Origin: a virus
Lineage: Duplodnaviria; Caudoviricetes
Reading direction: 5' to 3' (one strand)
DNA: 45,643 nucleotides
Virus record (IMG/VR): IMGVR_UViG_3300049191_000027
Location: 1-45,643 of that record
Below the pieces are notes generated by a model. It had not been told where the DNA came from, searched no databases, and saw nothing but the letters and a program-made list of their open reading frames with translations. The position numbers and the translations under genes were made by a program. Shown piece after piece: positions 1 through 8,651 of the stretch; position 1 is the stretch's first letter, and the number at the start of each line of letters is the position of its first letter.

Positions 1-46
1 CGCAAGACCGTTGACTTCTACGAGCGCGACAGGCAGCACACGATAC

Positions 47-205
47 CTATCGAGGGCTGGAGGGGTGAGCGCTAGCCGGCCGCACTGCCGGCGGCTTGAT
101 GCGCTCAATCCGCTGTGCCGCCTTCTCGTCTTCGTGGCAGCCGCGTAGGCACCAGCCAATGGCAAAGCCGACGACGACCAGGAGCACGGCGATGACATCC
201 ATCAT
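47..205 (-). CDS. small membrane protein (52 aa)
   Basis: Not in the ORF track; hand translation MMDVIAVLLVVVGFAIGWCLRG..., one hydrophobic helix, ATGA overlap with the upstream stop. Confidence 0.55.
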   Translation of the reverse strand: MMDVIAVLLVVVGFAIGWCLRGCHEDEKAAQRIERIKPPAVRPASAHPSSPR

Positions 206-420
206 GATGCAAGCCGGTCATACCGCGCAGCATCTCCAAGCCGGTCCAACTCGTGTCTGTGCAGCGCCTCTCGTAGTAGGCCGATGTCGCAGTAGTCAGC
301 CGAAGCCGGGATCCAGCACCACAGTCCGTTGACGGACAGCCATGCGCCAGGGACTCCGCGCGTGGATTCTGTCAACGCCATGAGATCGGCTGCGGCTTGT
401 ATGGTGGGATTACAGGTCAT
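202..420 (-). CDS. hypothetical phage protein (72 aa)
   Basis: MTCNPTIQAAADLM..., the C-terminal part of track ORF 202..1149; starts 2 nt after the exonuclease stop. Confidence 0.55.
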   Translation of the reverse strand: MTCNPTIQAAADLMALTESTRGVPGAWLSVNGLWCWIPASADYCDIGLLREALHRHELDRLGDAARYDRLAS

Positions 421-422
421 GG

Positions 423-1211
423 CTAGTTCGCCAGCAGTGAACGGCGTTTGTCGCGGCTGTTCTCGGTGTACCTGCCGCGCGACCAGCCGCCGCACGATCC
501 ACAGCGGTAGCGCTTGTACTGCCCGCTCTGGGTGAGGGCTACGCCACGGCTCTGGAGGGTTGGCGATCCGCACTTCGGGCAGCGCCGTGTGTCGTCGTCG
601 TCGTAGGCCGCGACGTTGGGGTGGCCTACGATGTATGGCCGCAGCTTCAGGTACACCTTCTCGGTGGCCCGGATGTCGATGTCGTTGTACTTGCGCATCT
701 CGGCCCACGCCGCCGGGTTGTCGGCGAGGCACTCCGTCCATAGCTCGAAGCCGGGGAACTTCTTGTGGTCCGACTTCGGCGTGTCGGTGAGGATGTCGGA
801 CAGCCACGCTAGGCGGTTGCTGGTGAACCGAGCGATGCGTTGGGCCTCGAGCTTCGTGTCCACCACCTTGTACGGCGACGGTGGCGGCATGTCGTACTCG
901 ATGAAGCGGGCGTTGATCTTCTTCACATCGAAGGCGACACCGTTCTGAGCGACGACGATGTGTGCCTCGTCCAGCACGGCCCACAGCAGCTTCATCAAGG
1001 CCTTGTCGTCGCGGACCTTGCCGACCCCTCGGCCCCCCGTGTTGTGGTGGACAACCTGCTTCTCGTGCAGCCACTTGTAGGAGAACGACAGGATGCTCCA
1101 GTCGGTGTGGATCTGGTTGACAGAGACCGTCTGCTTCCAGAGGCTCCATACGTAGGCCAAGATGGGGGAGGTCTCGATGTCGAGGGTCACTATCTTGGCG
1201 TCGTGGGCCAT
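423..1211 (-). CDS. DEDD/RNase H-like 3'-5' exonuclease with C-terminal Zn ribbon
   Basis: LDIET (ExoI), QNGVAFD (ExoII), YNDID (ExoIII); CPKC...CGSC; start MAHDAK overlaps the upstream TGA. Confidence 0.85.
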   Translation of the reverse strand: MAHDAKIVTLDIETSPILAYVWSLWKQTVSVNQIHTDWSILSFSYKWLHEKQVVHHNTGGRGVGKVRDDKALMKLLWAVLDEAHIVVAQNGVAFDVKKINARFIEYDMPPPSPYKVVDTKLEAQRIARFTSNRLAWLSDILTDTPKSDHKKFPGFELWTECLADNPAAWAEMRKYNDIDIRATEKVYLKLRPYIVGHPNVAAYDDDDTRRCPKCGSPTLQSRGVALTQSGQYKRYRCGSCGGWSRGRYTENSRDKRRSLLAN

Positions 1212-1483
1212 CACCGCCTCCGTTTCGGTTTCGGCTCTGGCGCTGGCTGCAGCACCGTCATAGACCGAACCATTGCGAGAGGAATCTGGTCCCTTGCGGC
1301 CACGGACTCCGGATGCCACGCTTGCGTCAGGATGATCCCTTCTTGCGTGTGGCTAAGAAGAAAGCCGACCTGATGAACGAGGTGCGGCTTGTAGGTGTGG
1401 TCGGCGTTCTCCGTCCACGGGTGGCTGTCACGAACTAGTGCGTCTTCCCAGACGATTGCCACGATTGGCGGCGAGTCGCTCAT
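1211..1483 (-). CDS. hypothetical phage protein
   Basis: MSDSPPIVAIVWEDA...VGFLL...IP; ATGA overlap with the lysozyme stop. Confidence 0.7.
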   Translation of the reverse strand: MSDSPPIVAIVWEDALVRDSHPWTENADHTYKPHLVHQVGFLLSHTQEGIILTQAWHPESVAARDQIPLAMVRSMTVLQPAPEPKPKRRR

Positions 1484-1911
1484 TGCCATTCCCCTGTTGC
1501 GATCTGGCGGGCCATCTTCCTGGCTCGCTTCGGCGTCTGCTGCGCCCACTTCGACAGGAGCATCAGGTGCGCCGCATGTTCGTAGTGCTCATCACGGATC
1601 GCGGCGAGCGTCTGCTGGAAGCCGAGCAACCCGCCGATTCCCATCTGGAAGGCCATGTTGAGCAGGGCCCCCTGCCGGGCCTCGTTCAGGCTGCGCACCC
1701 ACGGCAGCGCCTTCGCGATGTCGTGCAGGGTTCGCTCGATGTCGTTGCCCAGGAGGTGCAGCGCCTCTTCCTCGCTGATCCCGCCACCCCTGCGGTCATC
1801 GATCAGACGGCCGTAGCCGATGGTGAGGTAGCCGAGATGGTCCTTGTAGGCGTGCAGAACCAGCCCCTCGTCTACCTTGAGCTGGGCGGCGAGGTGCTGT
1901 TTCAGGTCCAT
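1480..1911 (-). CDS. endolysin, T4-type lysozyme (GH24)
   Basis: DEG..LHAYKDHLGYLTIGYG catalytic E/D/T motif; LLNMAFQMG; SKWAQQTPKRA. Confidence 0.92.
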   Translation of the reverse strand: MDLKQHLAAQLKVDEGLVLHAYKDHLGYLTIGYGRLIDDRRGGGISEEEALHLLGNDIERTLHDIAKALPWVRSLNEARQGALLNMAFQMGIGGLLGFQQTLAAIRDEHYEHAAHLMLLSKWAQQTPKRARKMARQIATGEWQ

Positions 1912-1920
1912 GGCCGCGCC

Positions 1921-2955
1921 TCAGTGCAGCAGGTAGCGCCAGGTCGTCGTGCCCGGCAGCGGCGGCAAGAGGTTGGTGTGGCAGTTGAAGCCGCCCGCCG
2001 TGCATGCCGCGATGGCCGCCTCGAGCTCGGCCTGATCCCAGCCGTTCCAGTAGTCGGCGTGTGCCGAGGTCCCTGCCGGTGCGCCAGTCTGGTCGCTCGA
2101 CAGGCGCCAGCGAAGCGCCTCGCCTGCCTCCAGCACCTTGTACTGGAAGACTTGGGTGATCTCCGGGATGGCGTACGGGTGGGTCGCCGGGCACTTGCCG
2201 CCCGACGGCTTGGTGACGTGCGACTTGTGGTCGGCCGAGTCGCGTAACGGGTAGCCGTCAGGATCCACCGCGACGCACTGCGGGAACGCGACGATCATCC
2301 ATAGGGTGGAGCCGGCCGCGCAGTCCGGGATGGTCTTGTACGAAGGCAGGTTGCCGTTGCACTTGAACTCGTACGGGCCAGCCAGTTCGGTGTTCGCCAT
2401 GTTGCCGGCGATCATCGAGAAGCCCGGGGGCGGCGCCTTGATGTTCAAGCACTCGGCCGAGGTCAGGCCGTATCCGCACTTGTAGTACATGAGCGCCCCG
2501 CTCGGCTTCACGACCGCGCCGTTTGCCGTGTCCACCATCAGCGGCATCCAGTAGGCCGACTGGTTGACGCTGCCGCCGGCACAGGTCGAGCCCGGGCCGC
2601 GAAGATCATCCGCCGTCGTGTGTGCCGTGACGCCTGCATTGCCGACGAAGGTGTGGCCGTGCGATCCGCCGGGAATGTTCGGCTTGACCAGCGGGTCATC
2701 CCAGGCCGTGTGCGAGAACTTGCAGGTAAACCGCAGCGCGCCCTGTACATCTGCAGCCGGCCGCTCGCCATAGAGCGCTGCGTTGGCGTCGCGCCACTTC
2801 GGCGCGGTCAGCGGCGTTGCGCGTTCCGGCACCGTGGCGGTGTCGATCTCCGGCATGTGGCCGGCGTGTCCGTAGCCGGCCGGGGCTCCGGAGACGCCAG
2901 CGTAGGAAACACCGCACGCCAGACCGGCGGCGATTGCAATGGCAGCGCGCTTCAT
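1921..2955 (-). CDS. secreted DUF1996-domain protein
   Basis: Signal peptide MKRAAIAIAAGLACG; CKFSH..DDPLV.P....SHGHTFVGN, STC, NQSAYWMP, FPQC, CPATHP..IP, SAHADYWNGW. Confidence 0.8.
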   Translation of the reverse strand: MKRAAIAIAAGLACGVSYAGVSGAPAGYGHAGHMPEIDTATVPERATPLTAPKWRDANAALYGERPAADVQGALRFTCKFSHTAWDDPLVKPNIPGGSHGHTFVGNAGVTAHTTADDLRGPGSTCAGGSVNQSAYWMPLMVDTANGAVVKPSGALMYYKCGYGLTSAECLNIKAPPPGFSMIAGNMANTELAGPYEFKCNGNLPSYKTIPDCAAGSTLWMIVAFPQCVAVDPDGYPLRDSADHKSHVTKPSGGKCPATHPYAIPEITQVFQYKVLEAGEALRWRLSSDQTGAPAGTSAHADYWNGWDQAELEAAIAACTAGGFNCHTNLLPPLPGTTTWRYLLH

Positions 2956-3086
2956 GCCGGCGCTCCAGAAGAGATCTGCTGGAAGTTGCACGACATGCCG
3001 TGCGGGCAGTACACCATGCCGCCGAGCTTGAAGCTGGGGCACCCAGCCAGCGCGAGCACGGCAGCGAGGATCAATAGGGGTCTCAT
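2952..3086 (-). CDS. small lipoprotein (44 aa), spanin candidate
   Basis: Not in the track; MRPLLILAAVLALAGC lipobox; ATGA overlaps on both sides within the lysis cassette. Confidence 0.65.
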   Translation of the reverse strand: MRPLLILAAVLALAGCPSFKLGGMVYCPHGMSCNFQQISSGAPA

Positions 3087-3325
3087 CTTTCGTCGTCCTT
3101 CATCGGCTGCGTGTCTTCGAACTCCGGCGCAAACTGCTTAATGACGCGCGCGATCACGCCGGCCACAGCCAGCCCAGCGGTGATCTGGTTCAGGAGGTGT
3201 TCAGGCAACTTCGCCACGATCTCGGGCGGCAGCGCGGCCCAGATGCCCTGCACGGCCGCGATGAGCGCCAGCACTTGCACCACATACATGCGGTGGGCCT
3301 GGCCCACGTTGGAGATGAGCTTCAT
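3083..3325 (-). CDS. holin-like membrane protein
   Basis: 80 aa, two hydrophobic segments, ARVIKQ motif, upstream of the endolysin. Confidence 0.7.
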   Translation of the reverse strand: MKLISNVGQAHRMYVVQVLALIAAVQGIWAALPPEIVAKLPEHLLNQITAGLAVAGVIARVIKQFAPEFEDTQPMKDDER

Positions 3326-3516
3326 TTGGGCGGCCCTTTAATCTTGTCTCTCCAGAGCACATACCACTGCGTGGCCGCATAGCCAGCGACGATGAGGCCA
3401 GACGCGATGCCAACCAGCGTCTGCACCTCGCCAAGCTTCCATGAGCCAAACCAGCCAAGGATGACGGTAGCCGTCTTGATGGCAATCGTTTGCCAGGAGT
3501 CGTGGTGCTCTGTCAT
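3322..3516 (-). CDS. holin/antiholin-like membrane protein
   Basis: MTEHHDSWQT..., 64 aa, two hydrophobic stretches and a basic C-terminus; first gene of the lysis cassette. Confidence 0.6.
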   Translation of the reverse strand: MTEHHDSWQTIAIKTATVILGWFGSWKLGEVQTLVGIASGLIVAGYAATQWYVLWRDKIKGPPK

Positions 3517-3523
3517 GGCTGGC

Positions 3524-5161
3524 CTACGATGACGTGTATCCAACGATGGAGATCGCGAGCGACCCGCCAGCAACAGCAGACGCCCAGGTGAGCGCCGTGT
3601 TGGAGTTGATCGGGTACAGCGTGACCGTCGTCCCGTTCACATAGCCAACCACGGCCGTCGCGAACAGGGTGCAGGGGCCGACGATCACATGGCCCGTGAC
3701 GCTGAAGGGGAGCGTGATTCGAAACGTCCCTGTGCCGGCCGCCGACCAGTTGATGGCGCCGAAGTTGTGCTCAAGCAGGAAGAACGTGTGGTTCTTGATC
3801 GCCGGGGCGACAAAGCCGCCCACGGCGGTTGGCGATGTCGGGTCACCCGTGCTCCCGTTGATCGTGAGCGTGAGGTCTTGCGTGTTGTCGGCGTTGTACG
3901 GCTGGCCCGAGTTGTTCGTGACCGTCAGCTTGGCAAATGTCGGCGTGTCGTATGCGACTTGATCCCGGCAGTTCTTGAACTTGGTTTCCTGCTGGGCCGT
4001 CAGCAACACCGAGTCATTGCTCGTCGGCTTGATGACCCGCATGTTTTCGAACAGCGTCTGATAGATCGTCCCAGACGAGCCCATGACGATGGAGCGGGTC
4101 TTGGTGTTCGCAAGGCCGATGTGCTGGCCGCTGATGAACTCGTGGCCGGTGCAGTTGCCGGTTACCGTGTCGTTGATCAGCAGTTCCTGCGTGACGTTGC
4201 TCGCGCCCTGCGGTTCAAGCGTGTAGTCGCGGAAGACGTTGCCGTGCCCGCCGTCGATCTCGAGCAGGCTTGTGGAGCTCGTGCCGGCGTTGTTGAAGCA
4301 GACGAGGTACAGGAACGTGTTGTCAGAACTGTTCTCAACCTTCACCGCCGACGTGGCGCCGTGGTAGTGAACGCAGTTCTTGGACGAACCCGTGTAGCAC
4401 GTCTTGATGTGGAGCGCGTAGCCGGTTCCGCCGCTGGAAATGACGTGATCGAGTTCCCAGTAAGTCAGGTTCTCGCAGTAGATCTGCGTCGTCGTCGCGA
4501 GGGCGCAGCGCAGATCGCGCACGATGACCTGATCGACCGCACCCTGCGAGACGCCGATGATCTCCAGGCAGCGGGCTGCCAGGCTGTCGCCGTTGAGCAG
4601 GAGACCTTCCAGCGTGACGCCCGAGTAGGCCCCGCTCGGATAGCTCACCAGCGCGCTGCCGGCGAAACCGGACTTCGCCTTGATGATGGTGCTCTCGCGC
4701 TTGGCCCCGAGCAGCGTCTGCTGCGTCTTCGGCAGCAGAGGCCCCGTGACCATGTACGTCCCCTCTGGGAAGAAAATGAACTTGGCCCCGCTATCGCACG
4801 CGGCCTGCAGCGCCGTTAGGTCGTCCGTCGTTCCATCGCCGGTGGCGCCGAAGTCCTTGACCGAGACGAAATCGGCGTTCTTCGCGTGCTGCGTGCGCGC
4901 CGTGCCACCAGTCAGCGGCGACTTGACAGCCACCAGCGCATCGCCAACCGTGACCGTGCCGGCGCTGGCGAGGTTGGAGGCAAACGCCGAAAGCGATGCA
5001 GCAGCAGCAGCAGAACTGGCAGAAGCCGCGTCGTAGAGCTGGCGGATAAACGCATACGCCGTGCGAAGGTGGTTATCCCCCTCGGTCGGCGCCTCACTCC
5101 CGCTGGGGCTATTGCTGGCCGGGGTAGTCGAGAGATCGGTAATTGCGTTTGGCACAGGCAC
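3524..5161 (-). CDS. tailspike / depolymerase with pectate-lyase-like beta-helix
   Basis: VSVKDFGATGDGTTDDLTALQAA..FFPEGTY motif (Pectate_lyase_3 type); N-terminal anchor shared with 6270..6761. Confidence 0.85.
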   Translation of the reverse strand: MPVPNAITDLSTTPASNSPSGSEAPTEGDNHLRTAYAFIRQLYDAASASSAAAAASLSAFASNLASAGTVTVGDALVAVKSPLTGGTARTQHAKNADFVSVKDFGATGDGTTDDLTALQAACDSGAKFIFFPEGTYMVTGPLLPKTQQTLLGAKRESTIIKAKSGFAGSALVSYPSGAYSGVTLEGLLLNGDSLAARCLEIIGVSQGAVDQVIVRDLRCALATTTQIYCENLTYWELDHVISSGGTGYALHIKTCYTGSSKNCVHYHGATSAVKVENSSDNTFLYLVCFNNAGTSSTSLLEIDGGHGNVFRDYTLEPQGASNVTQELLINDTVTGNCTGHEFISGQHIGLANTKTRSIVMGSSGTIYQTLFENMRVIKPTSNDSVLLTAQQETKFKNCRDQVAYDTPTFAKLTVTNNSGQPYNADNTQDLTLTINGSTGDPTSPTAVGGFVAPAIKNHTFFLLEHNFGAINWSAAGTGTFRITLPFSVTGHVIVGPCTLFATAVVGYVNGTTVTLYPINSNTALTWASAVAGGSLAISIVGYTSS

Positions 5162-5173
5162 GGCGCGGCCCCT

Positions 5174-5683
5174 TTAGATGGTGCAGCCGGGCTGCGTCTG
5201 ACGCTTTGCCGCGAGATATGCGGCGTGCGCCTCTTCTGGCGTGTCAAACAAGCCAAGGTCTGCCTTGTATTGCCGTGAGTTGATGCAGGCGCGCCACTTC
5301 TTGCATCGCTTATGCCAAGACACGCCAAGGAAGCCAGATGTGTTTGAGCACCCGGGGGCGCGCCTGTTCTGCATGTTGGTGTTGCGGTCGGCATCGCGTA
5401 GATTGGCAATGCGGTTGTCGCCGCGATGGCCGTTTATGTGATCGATCAGCTCGGTCGGCCAAACCCCATACACATAGAGCCACGCCAAGCGGTGCGCCAA
5501 AAATGCTCGCCCGTCAATGGTGATTCGGCGGTAGCCGCTCGGATGGGCACTGCCCGCCAAGTCGCCGTTGCGGACTCCGACACGACGCTGCCCGCACCAA
5601 TGAAACTCACCCGTATCCTGGGAGTACGAGACAACCTCTTTCAGCCGCTCTTGGGTTAGGGAATTGTTTGCGGTAACTGGCAT
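5174..5683 (-). CDS. HNH homing endonuclease with AP2-like domain
   Basis: AHRLAW, IDHING...DNRIANLR, NTSGFLGV, LGLFDTPEEA. Confidence 0.9.
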   Translation of the reverse strand: MPVTANNSLTQERLKEVVSYSQDTGEFHWCGQRRVGVRNGDLAGSAHPSGYRRITIDGRAFLAHRLAWLYVYGVWPTELIDHINGHRGDNRIANLRDADRNTNMQNRRAPGCSNTSGFLGVSWHKRCKKWRACINSRQYKADLGLFDTPEEAHAAYLAAKRQTQPGCTI

Positions 5684-5754
5684 CTCGTACTTTCGGGGGA
5701 TTGCTCTTAATCAGCCGATCAACTACGTTTGAGGACCACCAGGGAGGTTTGCGA

Positions 5755-5904
5755 ATGAAGTTGCTGGCGACGATTGCTTTGGCCCTTGCTCTGACGGCAT
5801 GCGGTGGCGGAGGAGACGGACAGGAAATTGCCGAAAGCGAGGTTGATGTCCCGCCGCCATCCACTGGCTGCAACGTGATCCCGCGGCCGATTGCATGTCT
5901 TTAG
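5755..5904 (+). CDS. small lipoprotein (moron-like, antisense to late genes)
   Basis: GGAGG RBS; MKLLATIALALALTAC lipobox followed by GGGG. Confidence 0.7.
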   Translation: MKLLATIALALALTACGGGGDGQEIAESEVDVPPPSTGCNVIPRPIACL

Positions 5905-6273
5905 TCATATGGCGTTGTTGACGGAAATGGTCCCGGTGGAGACGATGGTCGAGCCGGCCGCATCGGAGGCAATCTCAAGGGTGCCCTGGCAGTTGCCGGC
6001 GCCTCCTGATGCAAACCAGGTCTCTCCAGCCGAGAGCGCATGCCAAGTGCCAGATGCCGGGGAGAAGACAACCCCCGTCGTACCGCCTGTTCGTGTCGTC
6101 CTGGCCCAGTACTGAGAACCGATCCCGGCACTCGGCGGCTTGAACCAAAAGGCATCGCCAGAAATGGCCGTCACCGTCCCGTCAGCGCCAAGCGTGACGC
6201 TCGCACCAGCAACGGTGATCGACTGCGTGACACCAGCAGAAGCCGCGCCGAGCATGGCCGTGAGGAAACTCAC
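5905..6273 (-). CDS. putative tail appendage / fibre-associated protein
   Basis: GTG start (SFLTAMLGAASAG...), GTGA overlap with the upstream gene; G/S/T-rich beta-type sequence. Confidence 0.65.
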   Translation of the reverse strand: MSFLTAMLGAASAGVTQSITVAGASVTLGADGTVTAISGDAFWFKPPSAGIGSQYWARTTRTGGTTGVVFSPASGTWHALSAGETWFASGGAGNCQGTLEIASDAAGSTIVSTGTISVNNAI

Positions 6274-6761
6274 GCTGTCACCCCCGACCCCGTGATGACG
6301 GCCTCGGTCGCCGAGTTGAACCACACGGAGCAAATGCCGCGTGCCGCAAGCGTTCTGTTCCCGGTGCTTGTGCCCCAGCGCAACGTCAGTCCAGCGCCCT
6401 GCGTAATGGTCACGGACGAGCCACTGTCGTTGTACAGACCGAATGAATCGCCGGCCGCGAACGTCGATGCCGGAATGGTGATCCCAGCCGAGATGGCGTT
6501 GCATTTGCCGCGATCACCAATCGCCGATGTCGTTGCGGTCGCGACTCTGGGAATGACCCGATACCCGATCTCTATACTGTTGACGGTAGACGCATCTTTC
6601 AGTGCTGCCACCGTCGTCCCGTTCAGCATGTCCCTCAAAAGGGCGATAAAGGATGCGAACGTGCGCAGGTAGTTATCCCCGTCTGTTGGGGTCTCGCTCC
6701 CGGACGGGCTATTGCTCGCTACAGTTGTAGAGAGATCGTTGATTGAGGCCGGGACTGGCAT
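6270..6761 (-). CDS. short tail fibre protein
   Basis: N-terminal MPVP..INDLSTT.ASNSPSGSE.PT.GDN.LR anchor paralogous to the tailspike N-terminus; fibre-like C-terminal domain. Confidence 0.7.
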   Translation of the reverse strand: MPVPASINDLSTTVASNSPSGSETPTDGDNYLRTFASFIALLRDMLNGTTVAALKDASTVNSIEIGYRVIPRVATATTSAIGDRGKCNAISAGITIPASTFAAGDSFGLYNDSGSSVTITQGAGLTLRWGTSTGNRTLAARGICSVWFNSATEAVITGSGVTA

Positions 6762-6764
6762 GGA

Positions 6765-6932
6765 GTGCTCTTGGAAAAGTTCGTAGCTACCGCATTGATC
6801 GTTGGCGTTGTCGGGCCGCTGTTCTGGTTGGGCGTAAAAGTCCTGGAGAACTGGTTGACATCATTGGTTAACAAGGCCCGCAGCCGCTGGCGCCGCCAGA
6901 AGGCCGCTTCGCATGACGGATTGCGCAAGTAG
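6765..6932 (+). CDS. small membrane protein (55 aa), superinfection-exclusion candidate
   Basis: Not in the track; VLLEKFVATALIVGVVGPLFWLGVKVLENW...; convergent with the last ejection gene. Confidence 0.5.
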   Translation: MLLEKFVATALIVGVVGPLFWLGVKVLENWLTSLVNKARSRWRRQKAASHDGLRK

Positions 6933-8651
6933 TGCGCGCACTTTCGGGTGATCTTTCAGGAACGTCTTGGCATCCGCCGACTCCATGAGCGCCGCCGCCT
7001 TGCGCGGGTCAAGCAGCGCCTCGGAAAGCTGACGCTTCATCTTTTCGTCGGCATCGCGATAGATCCACGCCGTAGCCCGCGATACGCCTGGCAGATCAAG
7101 CGCTGCCCCAACCGCACGCGGCATGCCGGAGCGCTCGGCGATGTTCGCCATCGACAACTTCTGGAACGTGTCAGAGCCGACACCGCGCCCCAGATCTTGG
7201 GCATTTGTCTTGCGCGCAATGTCCCTGGCGATGCCTTCGAGCATCTGCATTTGATTCGGCTCTAGCACGCTTCCGAGCGTTGCTCCAGACAAGCCGGTGG
7301 CCTTCTGCGCCGTCTGGTCCGCATTGCGCAGTGCGCGGGCGAAGGTGGCACCTGTCTCCCTACCAAGTGCCCCGTAGTCACTCAGTGCCGGAGCGAGTTT
7401 CTCGAGCAGATCCTGCCCAACCTGCATCTGATTGATGGGACGAGACGCGGAAGCGAAGGCGGTCTTGGCCTGCGAATACTCAGGGATGCTCTTCTCGAGC
7501 CACGATTGGAACAGTTCGTTCGTGCCGCTCGCGGCCTGCGCGCCCTGCTTGCCCGTGTAACTCGTGGCCCCGTACTCGCCAGCCTCGTCTAGCGCCTTCT
7601 TGATGAAGTGCGCCCCCTCACCAATCAGGGCAACCGGCCGCCCCCCGCTGTCACGGAAGAAGATGTCGTTGAGCCCCTTGTTCCTCGCCAATTCCTCCGC
7701 ACGCCCAACCGCCGCCGCGAACTGCGGGCGCGCCATGAGACCGTTGAAGAAGTTGTCGATTGGCGCGACTGCGGTATCAGCCTGACCGTAGAGGACATCC
7801 TTAGCGGCATCGCGCGCCCTCTCTGCAGCCTTCATCTTGGTCTCGTCGCCAGCCAGGCCGCGCAACGCCGTCATACGAGCGGAGGCTTGCTCCATCGCCC
7901 TCTGCGTGTACGCCTCTGGGCTGGCCGCTGCCGCCGAGCGCTCGAGAGCAGCAATGCCACCGCTTTCCGCGACCTGGGCAGCAGTCGGAGCCGAGCCAGG
8001 CACGAGCTCGCCGGCCGTCTTCAGGCGGGCAATGACATCGGGCGCCGCATCGCCAGCAGCAGCCTTCATCGTTCGCCCGGCAATCGTCGCCCGCCCCTTG
8101 GCATAGAGCGGTTCTACGAACGACTTGGCAGACCTGAGCCCGGCACCCAACACCGGGATTGATGCGCCGGCCACACCACCCAGGGCCGCGCGCCCTGCCC
8201 GCTCACGGAGCGTGCCGTATTCAAGGGCGCCCGGAGCAGCACCAGCAACGCCCATTCGGAGGGCGTTTCCGAGCAGGGTGGCAGACCCGCCAGCAGGGAT
8301 AGCCATCGCCGGAAGAGCCTCTCCAATGCCGGTCGCCCACGGGCGCGCTTCAGCAAGAGGGGCGTACTGCTCCGCCTTATCCTGGACGTTCTGCTTCAGC
8401 CCCCCCAGCGCGGCATTCTCACCACGGGCACCAAGGTACATCTGGGTGATGCCGTCAAGGATGCTGTCAAAGGTCTTGCCGGCGCCGATCAGCGCCGACT
8501 TGGCGAAACCGGGGTCTTCGGCCAACTCCCTCTTTTTGGGGCCGCCATAGACTTCACTGCGAAGCATCTGAAGGCCCTCTGTGGAGACCTTCGACAAGTC
8601 GCCGGCCTTGAGTGCCTGGAGGTCTTCGGTGGAGAGCTTCGAGAGGTCCAC
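6861..8651 (-). CDS. DNA ejection / internal virion protein (large)
   Basis: 596 aa Ala/Gly-rich helical protein, GSDTFQKL motif, last gene of the ejection block. Confidence 0.7.
   Translation of the reverse strand: MDLSKLSTEDLQALKAGDLSKVSTEGLQMLRSEVYGGPKKRELAEDPGFAKSALIGAGKTFDSILDGITQMYLGARGENAALGGLKQNVQDKAEQYAPLAEARPWATGIGEALPAMAIPAGGSATLLGNALRMGVAGAAPGALEYGTLRERAGRAALGGVAGASIPVLGAGLRSAKSFVEPLYAKGRATIAGRTMKAAAGDAAPDVIARLKTAGELVPGSAPTAAQVAESGGIAALERSAAAASPEAYTQRAMEQASARMTALRGLAGDETKMKAAERARDAAKDVLYGQADTAVAPIDNFFNGLMARPQFAAAVGRAEELARNKGLNDIFFRDSGGRPVALIGEGAHFIKKALDEAGEYGATSYTGKQGAQAASGTNELFQSWLEKSIPEYSQAKTAFASASRPINQMQVGQDLLEKLAPALSDYGALGRETGATFARALRNADQTAQKATGLSGATLGSVLEPNQMQMLEGIARDIARKTNAQDLGRGVGSDTFQKLSMANIAERSGMPRAVGAALDLPGVSRATAWIYRDADEKMKRQLSEALLDPRKAAALMESADAKTFLKDHPKVRALLAQSVMRSGLLAAPAAAGLVNQ

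Noticed and set aside
1-75. Plus-strand ORF tail (RKTVDFYERDRQ...) joining the window end to prove circularity
   Set aside because: No convincing start or terminal repeat across the junction; circular completeness cannot be shown
423-1211. DNA polymerase gene
   Set aside because: Only the exonuclease domain is present; no polymerase motifs
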